A DNA stretch of 64,000 nucleotides, taken from the NCBI GenBank assembly GCA_945861645.1, contig CAMAVZ010000003.1, positions 28,629 to 92,628 of the forward strand. Direction: 5' to 3'. The notes under the pieces were generated by a model. The model was not told the origin of the DNA. It saw only the letters and a list, made by a program, of their open reading frames with translations, and ran no database searches. The stretch is from Opitutus sp. GAS368 (lineage in GTDB: Bacteria > Verrucomicrobiota > Verrucomicrobiia > Opitutales > Opitutaceae). Shown here in pieces: positions 56,388 to 64,000 of the stretch. A program made the position numbers and the translations under genes. Numbering within the stretch: the first letter of the stretch is position 1; every line of letters starts with the position of its first letter.

Positions 56388-58610
56388 GTGCGCCTTTTTC
56401 CCCTTTTACTCACTCTCGGCCGATCCCGCGGTCGATGTGGGGGCTGGGCTGGGCTCTGGGGTGCCCTCTGGATTGCGGGGATCGCGCAGACGCCGGCCAT
56501 TCACGTCGGGGAGCGCGCGGTTGCCTTGCCAAAATTATTAGTAATCGAGCACGCGGGGGATGATCAGTTTGATGCCACCGGCATGGGGACGGTGGCAGAA
56601 GAGCTGCGCAGTGCGCCGTTTTCTAACGAGCTGACCGAGGTCGATTTTACCGGCGAGGAGGGACTCGGCGTTGAAATCTCCGCCGAGTTGGCCGCGATCA
56701 GCAGTGCGTCGCCCGCCGCGGCGGCGGCCGGGGAAACCCGGCTGAACCTCCGAGGTTTTCCTGCCCCAATTTTGCGCAACGGCTTCGCGCAACTGGGTAT
56801 TCTGGAAACGTTGAACATTAATGAGATTATCGTGATTCAAGGCCCGCTCGTCCCGGTGTTGGGTCGCGCCGCCCCCGGCGGCATCCAGAATTTCTTGACC
56901 ACACGGCCGTCCGCCAAGGAGCGCAATAAATTTGAGGCAGGGACGAGTACGGAGAATCGCCAACGGGCGAGCTGGGAGTCAACCGGCGCCCTCGTGCCTA
57001 AAAAAATCTGGCAGCGCTGGGCGGTTGATTGGTCCCGCAAGCTCGGCCCCGAGGAATTTGTGCGCGAAAATGATCTTACGGTGAGTGGCGCCGTGACCCT
57101 CAAGCATACGCGCGCGGCGAGTAGCTTGATCAGTGTTGATTACCGCCGCTACGACGGCAACCCAACTGCCGGCATTCCGGAATATAAATTGGCGGCGGGG
57201 CAGTTGGTGCTCGGGCCGTACTTACCCTTGGCTTATTTTAATAATAATGGACCTGATGCAGGCATCTTGCGGCAAAGCCTCGTCGTTGGCGCGCAATTTG
57301 AAGGGCAAATCAATCGAACTTGGGCACTGCGGGCCGCGGTCGAGGGCTGGTGGCGAGCCATTGATCAAGATCGGTTCACGGCGACGCAGTTGGTTCTAGC
57401 GACGGGTTTATTTGAAGGCACGCGCGAGCCGCGGCACATCGAGCAGCGCCAGCAGGCCTTGGCCACCCATGTTGAATTTAACGGCCGTTTTCGCACCGCA
57501 GGGATCGAGCACAAATTACTGAGCTACGTCGGGGTGACTTGGGGTGAATATGATCGGGTAGATCGCGCGTTGAGTCTCGCCGATCGGGCGGCGCTGCCAC
57601 TCTCAGTCCGCGCTTTTAACCCCTTGGCTCCTGATTATTATTTCCCCGCCTATACTCCTGATCTTTACGCGCGTCTCTTGACCGATCGGCAGGAGGCTGC
57701 CCGTTATACTTCGTGGGAACTCACCGATCGCGCGGCCTTTGATCGTGGCCGGACCGTGGTCACGGCGGGGCTCCGGCTCGATCAAGTAAACTTGGCGGTG
57801 CAGGATCATAAACCAAATGCACTCTGGCCTCAGCTCAGCGATCATACGGGGCAATTGAGTTATCACATGGGCGTCAATTATCAGTGGATCCCTCGGCGCG
57901 TCTTGCTCTTCGCCAGCGCCAGTACGGCCTTTGATCCCTCGACGCCCGTGGATGCCCGCACCGGGAGAATTCAGCAGAACGAAACAACCTTGGGGTATGA
58001 GAGTGGGCTCAAGGGACGGGCGCTCGCAGGCAAGGTTGATTACTCCGCTTCATTATTTGTGCTCTATAATCAGCATATCGCTCGCCGTAATCCGCTCTAT
58101 GATGATCCCGTTTTAGACGCGGCCCAAACGCAGCCCCAGTTGGTGGCGGCCGGCGAGGAGCGTTTTACTGGAGCGCGGGTTGATCTCCGTTATAAACTTA
58201 CGCCCCGGTTGACCGCGGCGCTGCGGGCGGTGCATCTTGAGGCAATTACTACGAAGTCGCCGTCGTTAGATCCTGAGGTGGGGCAACAACTGACGCGCCT
58301 GCCGGTCGACACCGCGACGGTGCAATTGCGTTATCTTCCACTGCTGGGCATGGCGGGATTTAGCAGCAGTGTCAGTTTCAGTTATCTCGGTTCCTACGTG
58401 GCTAATTATGGGGATGCGAAGCATGTTTATCTCGCTTGGCCAAATTATGGGCTGCTCACCCTCACCGGCGGCTACACGTGGAAGGTGGGCCCGCGGCGCT
58501 GCACCCTGGGGCTCAGTTTGCGCAATGCGCTGGCGCGGGATCTCGTGGCAAGCAACGCGCGGGTCGGATCACCCCGCGAATTGGGTGGTTCCGTGCGCAT
58601 CCTGTTTTAG
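56388..58610 (+). CDS. TonB-dependent receptor (no STN domain)
   Basis: Plug LRGF...RNG, GP....G...PGG..N..T.RP; barrel E.G.K and RN.L; terminal Phe. Start uncertain (GTG 56388). Confidence 0.8.
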   Translation: MRLFPLLLTLGRSRGRCGGWAGLWGALWIAGIAQTPAIHVGERAVALPKLLVIEHAGDDQFDATGMGTVAEELRSAPFSNELTEVDFTGEEGLGVEISAELAAISSASPAAAAAGETRLNLRGFPAPILRNGFAQLGILETLNINEIIVIQGPLVPVLGRAAPGGIQNFLTTRPSAKERNKFEAGTSTENRQRASWESTGALVPKKIWQRWAVDWSRKLGPEEFVRENDLTVSGAVTLKHTRAASSLISVDYRRYDGNPTAGIPEYKLAAGQLVLGPYLPLAYFNNNGPDAGILRQSLVVGAQFEGQINRTWALRAAVEGWWRAIDQDRFTATQLVLATGLFEGTREPRHIEQRQQALATHVEFNGRFRTAGIEHKLLSYVGVTWGEYDRVDRALSLADRAALPLSVRAFNPLAPDYYFPAYTPDLYARLLTDRQEAARYTSWELTDRAAFDRGRTVVTAGLRLDQVNLAVQDHKPNALWPQLSDHTGQLSYHMGVNYQWIPRRVLLFASASTAFDPSTPVDARTGRIQQNETTLGYESGLKGRALAGKVDYSASLFVLYNQHIARRNPLYDDPVLDAAQTQPQLVAAGEERFTGARVDLRYKLTPRLTAALRAVHLEAITTKSPSLDPEVGQQLTRLPVDTATVQLRYLPLLGMAGFSSSVSFSYLGSYVANYGDAKHVYLAWPNYGLLTLTGGYTWKVGPRRCTLGLSLRNALARDLVASNARVGSPRELGGSVRILF

Positions 58611-59770
58611 CGCGGGCCGGTTAAGCGGCGTCGATACTCTGAGGGGGAGGTATGGTAGCGCCGCCGGAAAGCGGAGGCGAAGACGGAGGGACTTTCAAAT
58701 CCTGAGGCATCAGCAATCTCACTCAGAGTGAGGGTCGACTCCGGCATGAGCTCGAGCGCCCGTTCAAAATGCAGCCGTTGGGCTTCCGCGTAAACCGAGG
58801 TGCCGAGCGCCGCGCGGAAGCGCAGCTCGAGCACGCGGCGCGTGACGCCCGCCGCCCGGGCGACCTCTTCAACGTAAACAGTGTTGCCGACATGCTCGCG
58901 GAGGTAGTCCAGCGCGAGGGTGACAATTTCATCGTCCACCGCCCGACGATCAGTGGAAAGCCGCGTTACTATTTTCTGCGGACTGACGAGAATTTCCGAG
59001 GGCATCACGCGTGCTTCGGTCATGAGGGCCCAAAGTTTTTCTGCGGCGAGCCAGCCAATTTGTTGCGTGTTAAGTTGAATACTGGAAAGCGCCACGTGCG
59101 CGAATTCGATGCGGGCTAAATCATTACCGACGCCGAGAATGGCTACGTCCTCGGGTACGCGGAGCCCGCAACGGGCGCAGGCCTCGTCCAGTTCGAGCGC
59201 AACCCGATCGGTGAAGCCGAGAATTCCCACGGGCCGCGGCAGGGTTTTTAGCCAAGCGACGAGGCGGGCACGCGTCGCATCGGGGTACGGCGAGTTTTGA
59301 TCACCTTGGGGTAAAATGTGTCGTGGGATGGCGGTGACCACTCCGCGGCTGCGCGCCTCCGCGCGGAAGCCACGGTAGCGCAGAATCGAGCCGAGGTGAG
59401 TATTATTACCGCAATAGGCAAAGTGCCGATAGCCGCGGCCGTGCAAGTGACCTAAGGCCAACTGCCCCACCCGGAGGTCATCGGTATTGATGAGCGACAG
59501 GCTGGGGGTAGCGATTTGCCCAGAAACATTTACCACGGGGCAACTAAGCTCTGCTAATTCACGTTCATGGCGCCGAGTAGCTACTCGGGCGATGATGCCA
59601 GCCAACCGCAGGCGGCGCAGCGCCGCGCGATCGTATGAGAGGGGATCGGTAAATTTTAAAACGGTGACATCCGCGCGTTGGTGAAAAAATTTCGCGATCC
59701 CGCGTAAAATACCCCGACCATGCTCCGTCGCGAGCGAGAGATAGACGGCGATGCGGCGGGGCGGGGTCAT
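58607..59770 (-). CDS. XylR-type regulator (periplasmic-binding-protein-like domain + AraC HTH)
   Basis: G..ILRGI, G.RHFAY.G, L..P.GI, VPEDVAILGV.ND, LSSI, C-terminal AraC (RRVLE.RF...LG; IA.ASGF....F...FRR....SPSEYR). Confidence 0.9.
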   Translation of the reverse strand: MTPPRRIAVYLSLATEHGRGILRGIAKFFHQRADVTVLKFTDPLSYDRAALRRLRLAGIIARVATRRHERELAELSCPVVNVSGQIATPSLSLINTDDLRVGQLALGHLHGRGYRHFAYCGNNTHLGSILRYRGFRAEARSRGVVTAIPRHILPQGDQNSPYPDATRARLVAWLKTLPRPVGILGFTDRVALELDEACARCGLRVPEDVAILGVGNDLARIEFAHVALSSIQLNTQQIGWLAAEKLWALMTEARVMPSEILVSPQKIVTRLSTDRRAVDDEIVTLALDYLREHVGNTVYVEEVARAAGVTRRVLELRFRAALGTSVYAEAQRLHFERALELMPESTLTLSEIADASGFESPSVFASAFRRRYHTSPSEYRRRLTGPR

Positions 59771-59797
59771 GGTGGGCCCAGTCACTTAAAGTGCCTA

Positions 59798-59828
59798 TTC
59801 GCAAAATATAAACTCTTTTTCGCAATAT
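59798..59828. promoter_or_regulatory. Direct repeat TTCGCAAAAT / TTCGCAATAT, 21 bp apart; candidate operator of the divergent AraC/XylR regulator
   Basis: Copies start at 59798 and 59819 in the AT-rich divergent intergenic region. Confidence 0.55.
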
Positions 59829-59891
59829 CATATATACGGCCGACGGTGTTCCCGTTATGCTCGGGCTTATCCCTTAAATTCTTAATTACCT

Positions 59892-60674
59892 ATGAGCACT
59901 TACCTGAACGCACTATTTGGTCTCACCGGCAAGGTCGCCGTCGTCATCGGCGGTACCGGTGAACTGTGTGGCGCGATGGCGGCCGGCCTGGCTGGGGCGG
60001 GCGCCGAAGTGGTGATTGTGGGCCGTAATGCAGAAAAAGCGGCGGCGCGAATCGCGCAGATCAGTGCCGCCGGCGGCCGCGCGTGGTTTCACGCGGCGGA
60101 AGCCACAAGCAAGGCGGAGGTCGAGGGCTTGCTGGCGGCGGTGTTGGCGCGGAGCGGTCGAGTCGACATCGTCGTTAACGGCGCGGGGATTAATTCCGCC
60201 ACGCCATTTTTTGATATTACGGAAGAAGAGTTCGATCGCATCGTGCGGGTCAATCTCAAGGGCGTCTTTCTTGGTTGTCAGGTTTTTGGTAAATATCTCG
60301 TCGGCCGAGGGCAGGGGGGCTCGATTATCAATCTTGGCTCGATGTCGGGCGTCGTGCCGTTGTCACGGGTTTTCACCTACTCGGCCACCAAAGGCGCCGT
60401 GCATAATCTTTCGCTCAACCTTGCCCGCGAGTGGGCGCCGCACCAGGTGCGGGTGAATGTCTTGGTCCCTGGCTTTTTCCCCGCGGAGCAGAACAAGAAG
60501 GTGCTCACGCCCGAGCGCGTGACTCACATCATGGGCCACACTCCGATGAAACGTTTCGGCGAGGCCCGCGAGCTCATCGGCGCTACCCTGCTCTTGGCGA
60601 GTGATGCCGCTGGCTCCTTCATCACTGGGGAGGAGCTCATCGTCGATGGCGGGTATCACGCGATGACGATCTGA
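59892..60674 (+). CDS. SDR oxidoreductase, probable D-mannonate oxidoreductase (fructuronate reductase) type
   Basis: [43 protein letters not shown]; upstream of uxaE-like and uxaC. Confidence 0.75.
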   Translation: MSTYLNALFGLTGKVAVVIGGTGELCGAMAAGLAGAGAEVVIVGRNAEKAAARIAQISAAGGRAWFHAAEATSKAEVEGLLAAVLARSGRVDIVVNGAGINSATPFFDITEEEFDRIVRVNLKGVFLGCQVFGKYLVGRGQGGSIINLGSMSGVVPLSRVFTYSATKGAVHNLSLNLAREWAPHQVRVNVLVPGFFPAEQNKKVLTPERVTHIMGHTPMKRFGEARELIGATLLLASDAAGSFITGEELIVDGGYHAMTI

Positions 60675-60782
60675 GCGCCGCTGCGCCGCACCGTTTAAGC
60701 CTCAAGTTTAAGTTGAAGAGCCTGTCGCCGCACCTGCTGTCTGTTCCTTCAATTTTAATTCCCGACTTCAACTCGTTATTTC

Positions 60783-62603
60783 ATGTCTGCGATCAATGCC
60801 TTTCTCCTGCAGCATAATCTGCGGATCGCGCAGAATCCGTGCATCAGCCCTGATTTCTGCCTAGATTGGCCCGCGCTGCGCGCTGACCTCCAGGCGGGGC
60901 GCATTTCTGAATATCCCAAGAGCCGCTTCGCGACTCGGGTCGGTGAGATCGTCCTCGTGGAGAATGCGGCGGGCGATTGCGCGTGGAAGTTGTCCGCGGC
61001 CACCGCGCCGCTCGCTGATGGTTTCGCCTCTGGCGGCGCGACCTACTTTCCCGCGACCTGGGCAAATCTGCTGACCCTGAAAAATCTCATTCAGGAACAT
61101 GATCCCGCGGCCACGATCTTCCCGACGACCGCTGGTCAGCTTGGGCAGCGCACTCTGGGAGTGGGGGCGCGTTTCACCACCTTGCACTGGCCGGCGGTGG
61201 AGTGGGCGATGAGCGCTCTCGAACTCGGGGTCACGGCCAACCAGAATTCAATCCCGCGTGAGCTGGTCTACGACGTGGATGCCATGCTTTCGGGCCGGCT
61301 CGATTCCGTGCCGTTTCCCTTCATCGGCACCGAGGTCCCCGAGGGCCACCAAGGCCAGAGCGTTGAGGGCATGAGTCACGGCTGCGTGCTTTCTAAGCTT
61401 AAGACCGGCTTTCATCATCGCCGGATCGCGTGGTTATTTAACGCCGATCACCAACCTATCGGCGGCAAGTTCGACTCGCGGGAGGACGCCCTCGTGAGCG
61501 GCTGCTTGCTCGCCAGCTACATCACCTTCGACCTTTCGCCGGAGCTCGCTCGCAACCAGCCAGCCAAGCTCGCTGATATTCCAGCTGATGTCGTCACGAA
61601 GACGCGCGCGCGCGTCGCGGCCGCTGGTTTGAAACTGGACGAGGCCGCTTTCAACCAGCTCCTCGCGACCGTCTGGACGCCAATGCAGAAGATGAAGCGC
61701 CGCGATGAGTGCTATGCCGCCGCCCGCGCTGCGGCGTTCACGAGTGATGTCGGCCGTCGCTATTTGCGGGAGCTGTCGATCGATGAGTTGCCCGGTCTTA
61801 CGTCCCCCGAGACGACCGCCATCATGCTCGCGCTCTGCGAAGTCCTCGGGATGCCGGTTAACTACGTCGCCCCCGCCTTCGGCTTTCAAAAGAATATGCC
61901 GTATTCCGACAACGTGGCGCTCCGTGCCCTCATCCAGAAACAGTGGGATGTCTGTGTAAAATTCGGAGTGAGCATCGGTTTCCATTCTGGTTCTGGGAAG
62001 TCCGCTGAAAATTATCGCGTCATGGGCGAGGTGACCGGCCGCCGACTCGAGATCAAGACCAGTGGTCGCTACACCTACGAGATGGGGCTAGCGGTGTTCA
62101 ACTCGCAGGATACCGCTGATCAGGCCCTCTGGCGCGACTGGTACCGCTTCACCTTGGAGCTGGCTCTCCTCGGCGCCTTTGTTGCCGATGGCACTGAGCA
62201 GAAGATGGCGCGGACTTTTATCACCACTCCCCTGGCTGCGGCCGGCCGGCCGGTCGAGGTCTTCGCCTCGGCTGCTGTCACTCGGGCCGCGCTCGAGGCG
62301 TTACCACCGTCGCCAGAGCACATGTTCTTTTTCGAATATAATTTCCTCTTTGTCCTCGCCGCGGGCGGCCAGCCCAAGAAGGCGGCGTTCGGTGATCATT
62401 CACCGGCTGGTTATGCGCAGCGCGCCCGCTTCTACGCCCTCAGTCCCGAAGCTCGGCTCAACTATTCGAAGGGCGTTGCAAGTTACCTCATTTTTCTCGC
62501 TGAGACGACCGGCCTCGTTGACCCCACGCGCTGTGCCGCGACCGCTAAGCTGCTCGCAAGTTACCCCTCGCTCAATGCAATGATGAACGACATTTCAAGA
62601 TAG
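60783..62603 (+). CDS. Tagaturonate/fructuronate epimerase (UxaE)-family protein, divergent and extended
   Basis: LGVGARF, NQNSIPREL, NADH, TFDLS, ELSIDE, AP.FG, FHSGSGK and KTSG resemble UxaE G.GDR, AQQS.RE, DADH, E.S.DE, HSGSDK and KTAG. Confidence 0.72.
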   Translation: MSAINAFLLQHNLRIAQNPCISPDFCLDWPALRADLQAGRISEYPKSRFATRVGEIVLVENAAGDCAWKLSAATAPLADGFASGGATYFPATWANLLTLKNLIQEHDPAATIFPTTAGQLGQRTLGVGARFTTLHWPAVEWAMSALELGVTANQNSIPRELVYDVDAMLSGRLDSVPFPFIGTEVPEGHQGQSVEGMSHGCVLSKLKTGFHHRRIAWLFNADHQPIGGKFDSREDALVSGCLLASYITFDLSPELARNQPAKLADIPADVVTKTRARVAAAGLKLDEAAFNQLLATVWTPMQKMKRRDECYAAARAAAFTSDVGRRYLRELSIDELPGLTSPETTAIMLALCEVLGMPVNYVAPAFGFQKNMPYSDNVALRALIQKQWDVCVKFGVSIGFHSGSGKSAENYRVMGEVTGRRLEIKTSGRYTYEMGLAVFNSQDTADQALWRDWYRFTLELALLGAFVADGTEQKMARTFITTPLAAAGRPVEVFASAAVTRAALEALPPSPEHMFFFEYNFLFVLAAGGQPKKAAFGDHSPAGYAQRARFYALSPEARLNYSKGVASYLIFLAETTGLVDPTRCAATAKLLASYPSLNAMMNDISR

Positions 62604-62687
62604 CGTGTCGGATCCCATCGCCGCTAACAACGGCACGGGTCTGCGCGCTGTCGATGACTTAAAAAAATCGCGAATCTAAAATTTAAA

Positions 62688-64000
62688 ATGACTAAGCCCT
62701 TCATTCACGACGATTTTCTCCTGCAGTCTGATGCCGCGCGCGCATTGTATCACACTTACGCGGCCGCTGAACCGATTTACGATTACCACTGTCACCTGCC
62801 GCCGTCGCAGATTGCCGACAACCATCAGTTTGCTGATCTCAGCGAAATCTGGCTCGGGGGAGATCACTATAAATGGCGGGCGCTGCGGGCGAATGGCGTG
62901 GCTGAGCGCTTTTGTACGGGTGACGCCACGCCGCGGGAAAAGCATGAGGCTTGGTGTGCGACCGTGCCATACACCCTCCGCAATCCGCTGTACCATTGGT
63001 CGCATCTGGAGCTGAAGCGTTACTTCGGTCTAGAGGCTACGATCAATCCGAGTTCTGCGCAGGAAATTTGGCAGCAGGCTAATGCGAAGCTCCCGACCAT
63101 GCGCGTCCATGATATTCTCGCGGCGAATCGCGTCGCGGTCATCTGCACGACGGATGACCCCGCGGATTCCCTGGAGACGCATACGCGGATCAGAAAATCT
63201 GGGCTGACGACGCGAGTTTATCCGACCTTCCGGCCGGACAAAGCTTTCTTGGTTCATCAGCCGGCGATCTTTAATCCCTATCTCGAGAAATTAGCCGGCG
63301 CGGCGGGAGCTGGGACGATCAAGTCCTTTGATGATTTTCTCGCGACGCTAAAGCAACGTCACGACGACTTTCATGCAATCGGCGGGCGGTTGTCCGATCA
63401 CGGTTTGGAGCATGCTTGGGCCGAGCCCTGTACGGCGGCGGAGGCCGGCACGATTTTTGCGGCGGCTCGTCAGGGGCGCGCGGCCACCCGGGAGGAGGGA
63501 GCGCGGTTTAGCTCCTATTTGATGCTCGTGCTAGGGAGGTGGGATGCGGCCCGCGGTTGGACGAAGCAGTTGCACCTCGGTGCGCTACGGGGAAATAATA
63601 CGCGCCAGTTCCAAAAGCTCGGACCTGATACAGGTTTTGATTCCATTGGTGACTTCGGGCAAGCGCGTGGCCTGAGTCGGTATCTCGACACCCTTGATGC
63701 CACCGATGAGCTTCCGCGGACCGTACTCTATAATCTTAATCCGGCGGATAATTATGTTTTCGCGGCAATGATCGGTAATTTCCAGGACGGCTCCATTGCG
63801 GGGAAGCTGCAATTTGGTAGCGGCTGGTGGTTCCTTGATCAAAAAGAAGCGATGGAGTGGCAGCTCAATGCGCTTTCGAATAATGGTCTTTTACGGCGCT
63901 TCGTGGGCATGCTGACCGATTCGCGCAGTTTCCTTTCCTATACACGGCACGAATATTTCCGGCGCGTATTGTGTAATTTGCTCGGCGCCGAAATGGAGCG
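62688..64000 (+). CDS. uxaC: Uronate (glucuronate/galacturonate) isomerase, 3' end runs off window
   Basis: Manual translation: MTKPFIHDDFLLQS...PIYDYHCHLPP...WLGGDHYKWRALRANG...NPLYHWSHLEL...CTTDDP...PTFRPDK...QFGSGWWFLDQ...GMLTDSRSFLSYTRHEYFRR. Confidence 0.95.
   Translation, partial: MTKPFIHDDFLLQSDAARALYHTYAAAEPIYDYHCHLPPSQIADNHQFADLSEIWLGGDHYKWRALRANGVAERFCTGDATPREKHEAWCATVPYTLRNPLYHWSHLELKRYFGLEATINPSSAQEIWQQANAKLPTMRVHDILAANRVAVICTTDDPADSLETHTRIRKSGLTTRVYPTFRPDKAFLVHQPAIFNPYLEKLAGAAGAGTIKSFDDFLATLKQRHDDFHAIGGRLSDHGLEHAWAEPCTAAEAGTIFAAARQGRAATREEGARFSSYLMLVLGRWDAARGWTKQLHLGALRGNNTRQFQKLGPDTGFDSIGDFGQARGLSRYLDTLDATDELPRTVLYNLNPADNYVFAAMIGNFQDGSIAGKLQFGSGWWFLDQKEAMEWQLNALSNNGLLRRFVGMLTDSRSFLSYTRHEYFRRVLCNLLGAEME

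Noticed and set aside
1-64000. tRNA, rRNA, prophage, IS, integron or anti-phage defence genes
   Set aside because: None recognised by eye; small or divergent RNAs cannot be excluded without a covariance-model search.

Overview
GC-rich bacterial chromosome segment with no recognisable rRNA, tRNA, CRISPR array, integrase or transposase. The gene content (SWIB and SET proteins, RRM protein, SYLF protein, FecIR-type TonB locus) suggests Verrucomicrobiota, probably Opitutaceae; this is inference. 1-28.3 kb is mixed housekeeping and transport genes plus signs of decay: an orphan RND C-terminal fragment, a truncated YjbE/TerC fragment and an AEC transporter with an in-frame TAG. It also has a likely Pho box before an alkaline-phosphatase-superfamily gene. 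28.4-43.3 kb is the most unusual locus: dsbD divergent from ECF sigma, FecR, an STN-type TonB-dependent transducer, two secreted multi-thioredoxin proteins (7 TlpA-like domains, 5 with WCGPC) and an M16 zinc protease. It is a candidate 'import, reduce, cleave' system for disulfide-bonded proteins or peptides. 44.5-64 kb is a pectin/hexuronate cluster (kdgK x2, uxuA, eda, LarA-family epimerase, kduI, kduD, DUF4861, exuT, PL10 pectate lyase, TBDT, XylR/AraC regulator, SDR, UxaE-like, uxaC running off the end). Its LarA homologue has no step in the canonical pathway. All calls rest on motif recognition by eye; no searches were run.
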